Shown: positions 9,658 through 20,108 of the stretch, piece by piece
Numbering within the stretch: the first letter of the stretch is position 1
How the letters are laid out: each line of letters begins with the position of its first letter
Origin: an uncultured Chloroflexia bacterium
GTDB taxonomy: Bacteria; Chloroflexota; Limnocylindria; Limnocylindrales; CSP1-4
DNA length: 64,000 bases
NCBI GenBank assembly: GCA_963767945.1
Contig: CAVYGH010000011.1
Coordinates: 98,896 to 162,895, forward strand
Direction of reading: 5' to 3'
Translations under genes and position numbers: made by a program
The notes under the pieces: generated by a model
Databases searched by the model: none
What the model saw: the letters and a program-made list of their open reading frames with translations, nothing else
What the model was told of the DNA's origin: nothing

Positions 9658-9683
9658 ACGGCGCCCGACCCGGGCGCCGTTTC
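9658..9683 (+). terminator. Probable intrinsic terminator after rpmE
   Basis: ACGGCGCCCG-ACC-CGGGCGCCGT stem-loop followed by TTC; between convergent genes. Confidence 0.6.
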
Positions 9684-9688
9684 AATTC

Positions 9689-10456
9689 CTAGAGCTCTCG
9701 ACGACGGAACGCGAGGAGCGATCCGGAGAGGCAGATCCCGATCAGCACGACCGTCCCGACGACGGCGGTCGCAAGCGCGGCTCCATCGAGCTCGCCGCCC
9801 GACGCCAGGCGGATCCCCGGGGCCGCCAGGCCCGTCGGCAGGAGGCGATCGACCGCCGGGAGGATCGCGCCCAGCGAGATGACGACGAGCGCGACGAAGC
9901 CGAGGCCGGCCGCTGCGGTCGTCGACCCGGTGGCGGCCGACGCGAGGAACGTCAGCGAGGCCCACGCGCACAGGGCGAGCCAGGACAGGAGCGTCATCGC
10001 GACCCAGCCGCCGACCGGCTGGGGCTCGAACAGCACCGCCGTATAGGTCCACGCGCTCGCCCCGGCGAGGGCGACGGCCACCCCGAGCACGACGGCGATC
10101 GACGTCAGCTTGGCCGCCAGGAACGACGTCCGGGTGACCGGCTGGGCGAGCACCAGCGACGCCGTGCCACGATCGAGCTCGCCGGACACGCTGCCCATCG
10201 CCAGCGCGATCGCCACCAGCGCACCCAGCTGCGCAAGGTTCTTCTGCAGCTGCTCGACCGCCATGACCGCCGTCGGCTCGGGGATCGGGACCGCGAGCTG
10301 GTCGCCGAGGGCGGCCTGCATGATCTCGCGCAGGTAGCGGGCCGTCAGCGGCGAGAGCATCCCCACCACGATGAACAGGCCGGCCACCACGGGCAGGCGT
10401 CGCGTCCGCCACGCCTCGTCGAGCTCCTTGCGAAGCAGCACCCCGAAGCCGGTCAT
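9689..10456 (-). CDS. ABC-2 type permease (YxlG-like)
   Basis: MTGFGVLLRKEL..AWRT.RL, SGELDRGT, FLAAK; multi-TM; coupled to ATPase. Confidence 0.88.
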   Translation of the reverse strand: MTGFGVLLRKELDEAWRTRRLPVVAGLFIVVGMLSPLTARYLREIMQAALGDQLAVPIPEPTAVMAVEQLQKNLAQLGALVAIALAMGSVSGELDRGTASLVLAQPVTRTSFLAAKLTSIAVVLGVAVALAGASAWTYTAVLFEPQPVGGWVAMTLLSWLALCAWASLTFLASAATGSTTAAAGLGFVALVVISLGAILPAVDRLLPTGLAAPGIRLASGGELDGAALATAVVGTVVLIGICLSGSLLAFRRREL

Positions 10457-11763
10457 GCGGCCGCTCCCGGCGCGTCGTCCTCGGTCAGACGGAGGAAGAC
10501 GTCCTCGAGGGTGGGCCGCGCCCGGGCCACCGACACGACGGCGACGCCGGACGCGGCCATCGCCGGGAGGATCTCGCGGCCGGCCCGATCGGGGTCCGAG
10601 ACGGCGACGGTGGCGACGCCGTGGTCGACGCCGACGCCCGTGACCCAGGCCTGGCCGCGCAGCGTCGCGGCCAGGGCGTCGAGGGCGTCGCGCTGGCCGG
10701 GCTCGGCCTCGATGCGGTACACGGGGAGGGCGTAGCGATCGAGCAGGTCCGCCAGGGGGCCCTCGACCACGAGGCGCCCGTGGGCCAGGATCCCGACCCG
10801 ATCGCAGATCCGCTCCACGTCGGCCAGCACGTGGGTCGAGAACAGCACCGTTGTCTCGCCGCGCAGCGCCGCGATCAGGTTGAGCACGTCGCGCCGGCCC
10901 TCGGGATCCAGCGAGCTCACGGGCTCGTCGAGGATCGCCACCCGAGGTCGATGCACCAGTGCGCCGGCGATGCCCAGCCGTTGCCGCATCCCGCCCGAGT
11001 ACGAGCCGGCCCGGCGGTCCGCCGCGGCCCCCAGGTCGACGCGAGCCAGCGCGTCCTCGACGGCGGACTCCAGGGATGCGCCGCGCAGGCCGTGGAGTCG
11101 GCCGAGCAGCCGGAGCTGCTCGCGACCGGTCATCCACGCATAGGCGCGGGGATCCTGTTCGAGGTACCCGAGCCCGCGCCTCGCGTCGACGTCGTCCGAC
11201 GACACCTCGGCGCCGGCCAGCCGTGCGCGTCCAGCCGTCGGCCGGGTCAGCCCGGCGAGCAGCCGCAGGGTGGTGGTCTTGCCCGCGCCGTTCGGCCCCA
11301 GCAGCCCGAACACCGATCCGGCCGGCACCGTCATCGTCAGCCCGTCCAACGCGAGGACGCCGCCCGGATAGCGCTTGGTGAGGTGATCGATCTCGATCGC
11401 TGACGGGGCGGCGGGCGGGGGCGACGGCGCGCGCGGCGCGACCGCGACCGCATCCGCGCCGGCCGGTGGCGCGACGAGCGGGGGGTCGTGCGGGCTCCCC
11501 CAGCCCGGCATGGCCCCCGGCCCGGGCTGCGCGGGCTCGACCGGATCGTCCGAGCGTCCGACGAGGAAGTAGAGGATGGGCCCGAGCAGGCTCACGAACA
11601 CGATCACGACGGCCCACACCCCCTTGTTGCCGCCGCGGACGGCGCGATCCTCACGCAGGAGGTCGAAGATCGCGAGCAGCATCAACCCGATCTGCACGAT
11701 CACCAGTGGGGCGATGAGCAGCAGGGTCTGCGGCGTCAGGGACTCGAGCCCGTGGACGTTCAC
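10453..11763 (-). CDS. ABC ATP-binding protein with N-terminal PLDc_N membrane domain
   Basis: LAIFDL..VRGGNKGVWAVVIVFVSLLGPILYFLVGR, then GPNGAGKTT, YSGGMRQRL, ILDEP; start (GTG 11763) uncertain. Confidence 0.88.
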   Translation of the reverse strand: MNVHGLESLTPQTLLLIAPLVIVQIGLMLLAIFDLLREDRAVRGGNKGVWAVVIVFVSLLGPILYFLVGRSDDPVEPAQPGPGAMPGWGSPHDPPLVAPPAGADAVAVAPRAPSPPPAAPSAIEIDHLTKRYPGGVLALDGLTMTVPAGSVFGLLGPNGAGKTTTLRLLAGLTRPTAGRARLAGAEVSSDDVDARRGLGYLEQDPRAYAWMTGREQLRLLGRLHGLRGASLESAVEDALARVDLGAAADRRAGSYSGGMRQRLGIAGALVHRPRVAILDEPVSSLDPEGRRDVLNLIAALRGETTVLFSTHVLADVERICDRVGILAHGRLVVEGPLADLLDRYALPVYRIEAEPGQRDALDALAATLRGQAWVTGVGVDHGVATVAVSDPDRAGREILPAMAASGVAVVSVARARPTLEDVFLRLTEDDAPGAAA

Positions 11764-11911
11764 GCGATCAGCATCGCCCGCCGCCGGCCGGAGCGAAAGG
11801 CGCTGAGGCACCGAACACGCGGGCCGGACGGACGGAAGTGGGCACCGACCGAGACGCTAGACTCGAACCCCGGCCCCGCTCCGTCGGGCCCGTCATGCTC
11901 CGGAGGACCCC

Positions 11912-12733
11912 ATGGCTGACGACCGTGAGCGCTGGGCGCTGATCCTCGGCGCATCCTCCGGCATGGGCGAGGCGACGGCGCTCGCGCTCGCCGCTGCAGG
12001 CTACCGGATCTGCGGCATCCACCTCGACTTCCGCGCGGCGCTCGCCCACGTCGACGAGGTCAAGGCGAAGATCGCCGCCGCCGGGTCCGAGGCGCTGTAC
12101 AGCAACATCAACGCGGCCGACGACGGGAAGCGAGCCGGCGCGCTCGCGGCGCTCGGTGAGCGCTTCGACCGGTCCCGCGCCGAGGGCCGCCACCCCTACG
12201 TCCGCGTCGTGATGCACTCGCTGGCCTTCGGGTCGCTGGTGCCGTTCCTGGCCGAGGACCCGAAGGGCGCGGTCGACCGCAAGAAGATGGAGATGACCCA
12301 GGACGTCATGGCGAACAGCCTCGTCTACTGGGTGCAGGACCTGTGGCGCGGCGGGTTCCTGGAGCGCGGGTCGAAGATCTACGCGATGACCTCCGAGGGC
12401 TCGTCGCGGGTCGTGCCCAGCTACGGGGTCGTGTCGTCCGCCAAGGCCGCGCTCGAGTCGCACGTCCGGCAGCTCGCGATGGAGCTCGCCCGGCTCGACA
12501 GCGGCGTGACCGCGAACGCGATCCGGGCGGGCGTCACCCTCACCCCGGCGCTGATGAAGATCCCGGAGTCGGCGGCGATCATCGAGGCCGCGACCCGCCG
12601 CAACCCGACCGGCCGCATGACGACGACCCAGGACGTCGCGAACGCGATCCTCGCCCTGTCGGGCGAGGGCACCGAGTTCATCAGCGGCGAGGTGATCGGC
12701 GTCGACGGCGGCGAGTTCGTCACGGGGTCGTGA
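11912..12733 (+). CDS. SDR oxidoreductase, enoyl-ACP reductase FabL/FabI-like
   Basis: GASSGMG Rossmann motif, SYGVVSSAKAALE (Yx6K), NAIRAG..LTPAL, VDGG. Confidence 0.8.
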   Translation: MADDRERWALILGASSGMGEATALALAAAGYRICGIHLDFRAALAHVDEVKAKIAAAGSEALYSNINAADDGKRAGALAALGERFDRSRAEGRHPYVRVVMHSLAFGSLVPFLAEDPKGAVDRKKMEMTQDVMANSLVYWVQDLWRGGFLERGSKIYAMTSEGSSRVVPSYGVVSSAKAALESHVRQLAMELARLDSGVTANAIRAGVTLTPALMKIPESAAIIEAATRRNPTGRMTTTQDVANAILALSGEGTEFISGEVIGVDGGEFVTGS

Positions 12734-12779
12734 CCCGGACGACGATCGCTGAGCCGGCGAGCGCCGCGCGAGGTCGCCG

Positions 12780-13745
12780 GTGAGCGGCCGGGTCATCGTC
12801 GTGGGCTCGGTCAACGTCGACCTCGTCGTGCAGGCGGATCGGCTGCCGGCCCCGGGCGAGACGGTGCTCGGCGGGACGTTCGATCGGTTCCACGGCGGCA
12901 AGGGCGGCAACCAGGCCGTCGCCGCCGCGCGTCTCGGGGCGCGTGTCGCACTGATCGCCGCGCTCGGGGACGATGCCTTCGGGGACGAGGCCGCCGCCGC
13001 GCTCGACGGACAGGGTGTCGCGACCGACGAGGTCGCCCGCCTCGGCGGCACGCCGACGGGTGTCGCCCTGATCCTCGTGGACGCCGCCGGCGAGAACCTG
13101 ATCTCGGTTGCGCCGGGGGCGAATGCGCGGATCACCGCCGCCCAGGTCGACGACGCGCTGGTCCGCCTCGAACCGGTGCCCGCCGACATCGTGCTCGTCG
13201 TGCACGAGATCCCCACCGCGGCCGCGCGCGCCGCCCTCCGCGCGGCCCGCGACCGAGGGGCGACCACGGTGTTCAACCCCGCCCCCGCGACCGGGCTCGA
13301 CCGGCCGTTGCTCGCCATGGCGGACGTGCTGACCCCGAACCGCGGCGAGCTGGCCCGGCTGGCAGCCGACGATGCCCGTCGATCGGGTCGATCGTCCTCG
13401 GGCGACGGGGACCCGGTGCGAGCGGCGCGGGCCCTGCTCGAGGGGACCTCCGAGGGGCCCGGTATCGGGCGCGCGATCCTGGTCTCGCTCGGCGCGGCCG
13501 GGGCCGTGCTCGTGCCGCGCGACGGCCCGGCGGTCGACATCGCGTCGCCCGCGGTCAGGGCGGTCGACGCCACGGGCGCCGGCGACACCCTGAACGGCGC
13601 CCTGGCGGCGGGGCTGGCCGATGGACTGGATCTCGGGCTCGCGGCGGCGCGGGCCGTGGTCGCCGCGAGCCTCTCGGTCACCCGCGCCGGCGCCCGCGAG
13701 GGCATGCCGACGCGCGAGGAGCTGGAGGCCGCCCTGGCCGAGTAG
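12780..13745 (+). CDS. rbsK: Ribokinase / PfkB family kinase
   Basis: VVGSVNVDLV, GGKGGNQAVAAARLG, NPAPA, TPNRGE, DATGAGD. Confidence 0.85.
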   Translation: MSGRVIVVGSVNVDLVVQADRLPAPGETVLGGTFDRFHGGKGGNQAVAAARLGARVALIAALGDDAFGDEAAAALDGQGVATDEVARLGGTPTGVALILVDAAGENLISVAPGANARITAAQVDDALVRLEPVPADIVLVVHEIPTAAARAALRAARDRGATTVFNPAPATGLDRPLLAMADVLTPNRGELARLAADDARRSGRSSSGDGDPVRAARALLEGTSEGPGIGRAILVSLGAAGAVLVPRDGPAVDIASPAVRAVDATGAGDTLNGALAAGLADGLDLGLAAARAVVAASLSVTRAGAREGMPTREELEAALAE

Positions 13746-13776
13746 GCGGCCCGCGTCGCGTCGCGAGCTCGCCCGG

Positions 13777-14716
13777 CTAGGAGCCGACGGCCTCCGCCAC
13801 GCGGTCGGCGTTCCAGCGCATCATCCCGGCGTAGGTGTCGGCGGGCGGGTCGCCCAGGGTGTCGTCGTACAGGTCGTTGACGACGATCGCGCCGGCGTCC
13901 GCGGCGATCGCCTGGACCAGCGCGTCGTTGAACTGGGCCTCGGAGAAGATCACCCGCGCCCCGGAGGCCCGCATCTCGCGGATCAGGTCGCCGATCGCCC
14001 CCGCGCTCGGGTCCTGGCCCGGCGCATCGACGACCGTCCCGACGATCGTCAGGCCATAGGCGTCGGCGAAGTACGGGAAACGCGTCGTGGAACGAGACCA
14101 CGTTGCGGTTCGCCGCGGGGATCGCCGCGAGCCGCTCGCGGATCACGCCGTCCAGCGTCGTCAGCTCCGCCCGGTACGCGTCCGCGCGGGCGCCGAGGTC
14201 CGCCGCGTGTCCGGGGTCGGCCGCCGCGAGCGCCGCCTCGATCCGGTCCACGTAGCGGACGCCGTAGGCGACGTTCATCCAGACGTGCGGGTTGATCGAC
14301 CCGGGTCCGCCCTCGCCCTCGAGGTACGTCACGCCCTCGAGGTTCTCGCCCAGCGCGATGACCGGCGCGGACGTCCCCGCGTCCTCGACCAGGGCCGCCA
14401 GCCAGTCGTCGAGGCCGAGGCCGTTGCGGACGATGAGGTCGGCATGGGCGATCCGCTCCACGTCGGCCGGGGTGGGATCGAACGTGTGGACCTCGCCGCC
14501 CCTGGGCACGAGGCTGTGGACGTCGACCCGGGTGCCCCCGACCCGGGCGACCATGTCCGCGAGCACCGTCGTGGTGGCGACGACCGCGATCGCGTCGGGG
14601 TCCGGGGAGGGCGTCGGCGACGAGGCGCCGGAGCGGGCGCCGCAGCTCGCCGTCACGAGCGCGACCGCCAGGAGCGCCAGGACGGCGCCGGCGCGCAGCC
14701 CGCGACCGCGCCTCAC
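13777..14716 (-). CDS. Zn/Mn ABC substrate-binding lipoprotein (one frameshift near 14078)
   Basis: Lipobox VTASC, VVATTTVLADM, HTFDPTP, NGLGLD, NPHVW, FHDAF|PYFA across an extra T, then IFSE and YAGMMRWN. Confidence 0.85.
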
Positions 14717-15174
14717 GCCGGCGGGGATCCGCCGGGCGGCTGGACGGCCGCGGACGCCCGACACGCGGCGCAGACGCCGAACAGCTCCAGCCGGTGGGAC
14801 GTGACGCTGAACGACAGCCGGTCGCCGACCTCGGCGATCACGGCGCCGAGCCCGAGGTCCTCGATGTCCTGGGAGCGACCGCAACGGGTGCAGATCGCGT
14901 GGTGGTGATGGACCGGGTCGCAGCCGACGTAGGCGTGGTCGCCGTCGGGCAGGTCGATGCGCTCGACGAGCCGCAGGTCGGCGAACGCGTCCAGCGTCCG
15001 GAAGATCGTCGCGCGGCCGATCCGCAGTCGCCGTCGTCGGGCGTCCGCGACGAGGTCGGCGGCCGTGAAGTGGCCCTCGCGGGCGGCGACGAGGCCCGCG
15101 ACCGCGCGCCGCGGCTCCGTGAGCCGGTAGCCCGCCTCGTCGAGCGCCGTCACCAGCGCGGTGGCGTCGGTCAC
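14713..15174 (-). CDS. Fur family transcriptional regulator (Zur-like)
   Basis: GYRLTEPRRAV, HFTA, ATIFRTL, HHHHAICTRCG, FGVCAAC; GTGA overlaps at both ends. Confidence 0.93.
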   Translation of the reverse strand: MTDATALVTALDEAGYRLTEPRRAVAGLVAAREGHFTAADLVADARRRRLRIGRATIFRTLDAFADLRLVERIDLPDGDHAYVGCDPVHHHHAICTRCGRSQDIEDLGLGAVIAEVGDRLSFSVTSHRLELFGVCAACRASAAVQPPGGSPPA

Positions 15175-16028
15175 GCGATGGCCTCGAGGGCGAGCCCGCT
15201 CGCGCGCCGCCGGGCCAGGATCCCGCGGGGTCCGAGGACCATCGCGACCAGGAACAGCCCGGTCTGGACGAGGACGATCGTGGCGCCGCTGGCGACGTCG
15301 AGCCAGTAGGACAGGTACAGGCCGAGCACGGCGCTCGCGATGCCGACCAGCGCGGCGACCGCCATCAGGCGGGTGAAGCGGACGACCAGCATCTGGGCCG
15401 TCGCCGCCGGCGTGACCAGCATCGCGACCACGAGGATGATCCCGACGGCCTGGAGGCTGACGACGATCGTGAGGGCAACCAGCGCGAGGAACAGGTACTC
15501 GAGCCGCTCCACGGGGATGCCCGACGCGGCGGCGCCGAGCGGGTCGAACGTCGAGTACAGGAGCTCCTTCCACAGCAGCGCGACCACGAGGATCACGCCC
15601 GACCCGAGGAGCAGCAGCGCCACGAGGTCCTGGGGACTGATCGCGAGCACGTTGCCGAACAGGAAGCTGAACAGGTCCGCGACGTAGCCCTGGATCGCGC
15701 TGAACATGAACACGCCCAGCGCGAAGGTCCCGGCGAACAGCACCCCGATCGCCGTGTCCTGGCGGATCCCCGCCCGCTTGGTGACGTAGCCGATGGCGAG
15801 CGCGGTGCCCACCGCGGCCACCGCCGCGCCGAGATAGAACGGGACGCCGAGCAGGAACGCCGCCACGACGCCGGGGAACGAGGCATGGGCGATGGCGTCG
15901 CCGATGAACGCGATGCCGCGCAGGACGACGTACGTGCCCACGACCGCGCAGACCAGCCCGACCATCGCCGACGCGACGAGCGCCCGGACGAAGAAGCCGA
16001 GCGTCAGCGGCTCGGTGATCAGCTCCAT
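15171..16028 (-). CDS. Zn/Mn ABC permease (ZnuB-like)
   Basis: GDAIAHASFPG, DTAIG, LFGNVL, TFDP, VGIILV..MLVTPAA. Confidence 0.93.
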   Translation of the reverse strand: MELITEPLTLGFFVRALVASAMVGLVCAVVGTYVVLRGIAFIGDAIAHASFPGVVAAFLLGVPFYLGAAVAAVGTALAIGYVTKRAGIRQDTAIGVLFAGTFALGVFMFSAIQGYVADLFSFLFGNVLAISPQDLVALLLLGSGVILVVALLWKELLYSTFDPLGAAASGIPVERLEYLFLALVALTIVVSLQAVGIILVVAMLVTPAATAQMLVVRFTRLMAVAALVGIASAVLGLYLSYWLDVASGATIVLVQTGLFLVAMVLGPRGILARRRASGLALEAIA

Positions 16029-16927
16029 CAGCCGCCCCGGTCGTGTTCGTGGAAGTGCCGCTCGCCGGGCGCGGCGTCGTCGTGGTGGTGGGCGTCGTCG
16101 AGGATCACGGTGCGGCCCTCGAGGACCAGCAGGTGCCCGCCGTAGGCGCTGGCGAGGACGTCGGCGTCGAGCACGATGTTGGACGGCCCGTACGCCACGA
16201 CCGTGCGATTGACCGCCAGCACCTGCTGGAACCGCTGGGCCGCGCAGGCGAGGTCGTGGGTGGTCGCGACGACCGTCTTGCCCCGCTGCGCCTGGGCCTC
16301 GAGGAGGTCCATCAGGAGCTCCTGCGTCGTCGCGTCGATGCCGGTGACGGGCTCGTCGAGCAGGAACAGGTCGGGCTCCGCGGCCAGCGCGCGGGCGAGG
16401 AAGACGCGCCGTCGCTGGCCGCCGGACAGGCGGCCGATCTGCGTCCGCAGGTGGCGATCCATGCCGACCTGCGTGAGGGCGTCGACGACCGCTCGCCGAT
16501 CGTCGCGACCCGGCCGGCGCACGGGCCCGAGCCTCGGGAACCGGCCCATCAGCACGACGTCCTCGACGGTGACCGGGAACGCCCAGTCGACCTGCTCCGC
16601 CTGCGGGACGTAGGCCACCCGCTTGGCCTCCCGGCCGGCGGGCGCGCCCAGGACCTCGATCCGGCCCGACCACGGGGCGATGAGCCCGGCCATCAGCTTG
16701 AGGAGGGTGCTCTTGCCGGCTCCGTTGGGTCCGACGACGGCGAGGAGGCTGCCGGGCTCGACCGCGACGGTCACGTGCTCGAGCGCGACCCGCTCGCCGT
16801 AGCCCGCGGTCACGTCGCTCAGCCAGACGTCGGCATGCGCGTGGGCGTGCGCCGCGTCCAGCTCGCGGTCGTGGCGATGCGCGGCGGGCGGGTCCTGGAC
16901 CGGGGGCTCGGGGATCGGGGAGGTCAT
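16028..16927 (-). CDS. Zn/Mn ABC ATP-binding protein (ZnuC-like) with His-rich termini
   Basis: GPNGAGKSTL, YVPQ..VDWAFP, LSGGQRRR, LLDEP; AHAHAHA N-terminus and AHHHD..HFHEHD C-terminus. Confidence 0.93.
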   Translation of the reverse strand: MTSPIPEPPVQDPPAAHRHDRELDAAHAHAHADVWLSDVTAGYGERVALEHVTVAVEPGSLLAVVGPNGAGKSTLLKLMAGLIAPWSGRIEVLGAPAGREAKRVAYVPQAEQVDWAFPVTVEDVVLMGRFPRLGPVRRPGRDDRRAVVDALTQVGMDRHLRTQIGRLSGGQRRRVFLARALAAEPDLFLLDEPVTGIDATTQELLMDLLEAQAQRGKTVVATTHDLACAAQRFQQVLAVNRTVVAYGPSNIVLDADVLASAYGGHLLVLEGRTVILDDAHHHDDAAPGERHFHEHDRGG

Positions 16928-16928
16928 G

Positions 16929-16943
16929 TGAGACGCAGTATCA
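16929..16943. promoter_or_regulatory. Possible Fur/Zur 7-1-7 box
   Basis: TGAGACG-C-AGTATCA imperfect inverted repeat 1 bp upstream of the operon start codon. Confidence 0.4.
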
Positions 16944-17052
16944 ACTACATGGCGTGCCGAACGCAAGGGATCGATCGATGCGCGCTGGGAAGCGGAGGCG
17001 GCCGGCCACCCCGCCCGGGCCCGGAGGAGTGTGGGCCCGGACGGGGAGGCAG

Positions 17053-18066
17053 CTACGTCCTCGGGGCGGCCTCCAGGCCGTGCGCGGCTCCGTCGAGCCG
17101 GCCGGCGGCGGCCAGGTCCTGGTAGATGGCGACGCTCTCCCGGACGCCGTCCGCGAACGCGGTGAGCGCGACCGGGCCGATCGCCTCGATCCCGTCGTGG
17201 TCGATCGCCGTCGGGAACGGCAGGCTCACCGGCTCGAAGTCGACCAGCCCGCGCGAGGCCGGGACCGCGGCCTCGATCGCGTCCACGAGCTCGCGCCCGT
17301 CGGCCATCGTGCCCGGCATGTTGTACACGTTGGCCTCGGCGCCCTCGCTCCGGCTCGCGGCGACCAGCATCCGGGCCGCGTCCTCGGCGTACTGGAACAG
17401 CGTCGGGCCGCCGAAGCCCACGGTGTACGGGCGGCCGAGCACGGCGGCGACGATCGCCTTGGTCGGGCCGCTGGTCATCCCCTGGTCGCGCCCGACGCCG
17501 TAGACGGTCATCGGGCGCAGCCCGACGCTCGCGAGGCCGTCCTCGAGCCAGTAGACGCGGGCGTTGCCCTCGTTCGCCAGCTTGAACACGCCGTAGTGGT
17601 TGAGCGGGTGAGGGCGGGCGTCGGCCGTGAGGCGGCCCGTTGCCGGATCGGCGTCGTCCGCCGCGTACATGCCGACCGAGCTCGTGTAGACGATCGGCGC
17701 CATCCCCGGCGCCGCGACGCTTCGCCGCCTCGAACACGTTCACCGTCCCGACCACGTTGACCATCGCGCCCCGCGGCGGGTCGGCGCGGCAGAACGGCAC
17801 CTGCAGGGCCGCGAGGTGGATCACGTTGGTGATGCGCCTTCGCGTCGAGCGTGGCGCTGACCGCGCCGAGGTCCGTGATGTCGCCCTGGACGACGTCGAC
17901 GGTCGGCGAGCTCGTCCGGGGTCATGATCTGGGCGAGGCGGCGCGTGTCCGACCCCAGGTCGAACGCGACCACGGCGGCCCCTTCGCGGACGAGCGTCCG
18001 GACCGTCCAGGCGCCGATGCAGCCCATCGCGCCGGTGACCAGGAAGCGCTCCCCCGTGGCGCTCAC
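17053..18066 (-). CDS. NAD-dependent epimerase/dehydrogenase, extended SDR (several frameshifts ~17700-17900)
   Basis: LVTGAMGCIG, VIHLAALQVP, VNVVGT, YTSS, HYGVFK (YxxxK), LRPMTVYG distributed over three frames. Confidence 0.8.
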
Positions 18067-18988
18067 GACACGGCCGCCGGCGCGGAGGCCTCCGCCGGAC
18101 GCGACGGCGACCCCGTCGTGCCGGCACGTGTTGCGCAGCCGCCCGATCCCCTCGATCGAGACCGTCACGACGTCGCCGTCCCGCAGGACGACCGGCGGGT
18201 CCCGGAAGATCCCGACGCCGCCCGGCGTGCCGGTCGCGATCACGTCGCCCGGCTCGAGGGTGAACGCCATCGAGCAGTGGCTGATGATCTCCGCGACGCC
18301 GAAGTACATCTGCGCCGTGCTCGCGTGCTGCATGACCTCGTCGTTGACCCGGCACTCGATCTCGAGCGCCTGGGGATCGGGGACCTCGTCGGCCGTCACG
18401 AGCGCGGGGCCCATCGGGCAGAACGTGTCCAGCGACTTGCCCCGGGTCCACTGGCCGTCGCCGAACTGGAGATCGCGCGCCGAGACGTCGTTGAGGCCCG
18501 TGTAGCCCAGCACGTGGTCGAGGGCGCTCGCGACCGGCACGCGACGCGCCGTGCGGCCGATGACGACGGCGAGCTCGGCCTCGTAGTCGACCTGCGCGGT
18601 CAGCGACGGGTCCCAGCGGATCTCCGCGTCCGGCCCGACGATCGCGCTCGGCCACTTGGCGAAGATCAGCGGCGCGGGCGGCGTGTCGACGCCCTCCTCG
18701 TCCGCGTGCTCGCGGTAGTTGCGGCCGATGGCGACGACCTTGGCGGGCCGGCCGACGGGCGCCAGCAGCTCGGCCTCGGCGAGGGGGCGGCCGTCGCTGG
18801 CCACGCGCCCGCTCGTCGGCGGCGGCGCGGAGTCGATCCAGCGTGCCCGGCAGGCCGTCGATCAGGTCGGCCATCGTCGCCGGGCCGTCCGGGAGGAGCT
18901 CCGTGGCCGGCAGCCAGCGGTCGCCGACCTGGACGCCCAGGCGCGCTTCCGACCCGTCGCGGACCGAGATCAGCCGCAAAACCCGCAC
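18063..18988 (-). CDS. Fumarylacetoacetate hydrolase family protein (frameshift near 18800)
   Basis: KVVAIGRNYREH, IFAK, DYEAEL, NDVSARD, GKSLDTFCPMGP, GDVIATGTPGGVG. Confidence 0.88.
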
Positions 18989-18992
18989 TCCC

Positions 18993-19008
18993 GTTCAGTA
19001 TACTGACC
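18993..19008. promoter_or_regulatory. Probable IclR-type operator between divergent FAH and AKR genes
   Basis: GTTCAGTATACTGACC with perfect core palindrome TCAGTATACTGA; similar site at 21890. Confidence 0.6.
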
Positions 19009-19068
19009 CGTGGCCGACTGATTGAACGATACGCTAGGCTTCCGACCAGCGTCAACCGAGGGAATCGA

Positions 19069-20108
19069 GTGCCGTACGAGCCGTTCGACCGCGTTCCACT
19101 GGGGCGGACGGCGCTGCGGCCGACGCGCCTCGGACTCGGCGGCGCCTCGATCGGGGGCCTGTACCGGCCCGTGGCGGACGCGGACGCGACCGCGGTCGTC
19201 CGGCACGCGTGGGAGCTCGGCGTCCGCTCGTTCGACGTCGCGCCGCTCTACGGCTATGGCGCGGCGGAGACGCGGATGGGCGCCGTCCTGGCCGATCGGC
19301 CGCGCGACGCGTTCGTGCTCTCGACGAAGGTCGGCCGCCTCGTCGTCCCGACCGCGGCGCTGACCGGCGACGAGGACCTGGACCGCCAGGCGGCCGACGG
19401 CCGCGAGGACGCGTTCTACGCCGGGCACGGCGGGACGGCGTGTCGTGTTCGACTACTCCGGCGGACGGGGTCCGACGGTCGATCGAGGCGAGCCTCGAGC
19501 GGCTCGGGCTCGAGCGGATCGACATCGCGTACATCCACGACCCGGACGACCACTGGCCGGCGGCCATCGACGAGGCGATCCCCGGCGCTGCACCGGCTGC
19601 GCGAGGACGGGCGTCGTCGGGGCGATCGGCGCCGGGATGAACCAGTCGGCGATGCTCGCCCGGTTCGTCCGCGAGGCCGACATCGACGTGATCCTGCTCG
19701 CCGGCCGGTACACGCTGCTCGACCAGGACGCGCTCGCCGGACCTGCTGCCGGCGTGCGTCGAGCGCGGCGTGGCGGTCTGGTCGGCGGCGTGATGAACAG
19801 CGGCATCCTGGCGGATCCGCGACCGGGCGCCGCGTTCAACTACGCGGCGGCGCCGCCCGCGGTCGTCGCTGCGCGCGCAGGCGCTCCGGGACGCGTGCGC
19901 ACGGCACGGCGTGCCGGTCAAGGCGGCCGCGATGCAGTTCCCGCTGGCCCACCCGGCCGTCGCGGGCCTGATCGCCGGCGTCCGCACGATCCCGCATCTC
20001 GACGAGTACGCGGAGCTGCTGCGGCTCCCGATCCCGGCCGCGCTGTGGGACGACCTCCGGGCGTCGGGGCTGCTCCCGGGCGACGCGCCGGTCCCGGGGG
20101 CGGCATGA
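19069..20108 (+). CDS. Aldo/keto reductase, L-fucose/D-threo-aldose 1-dehydrogenase-like (multiple frameshifts)
   Basis: LGLGGASIGGLY, FDVAPLYG, LSTKVGRL, FDYS, IHDPD, GAGMNQ, LAGRYTLLDQ, NSGIL, QFPLAHPAV spread over three frames. Confidence 0.82.

Noticed and set aside
17821-18804. Apparent FAH-SDR fusion ORF
   Set aside because: A GTGA start/stop overlap exists at 18063-18066 and the region is full of indels, so two genes plus a frameshift is more likely; unverified without reads
19069-20108. Programmed ribosomal frameshifting in the sugar genes
   Set aside because: Too many shifts per gene and no slippery heptamers; sequence error is more parsimonious
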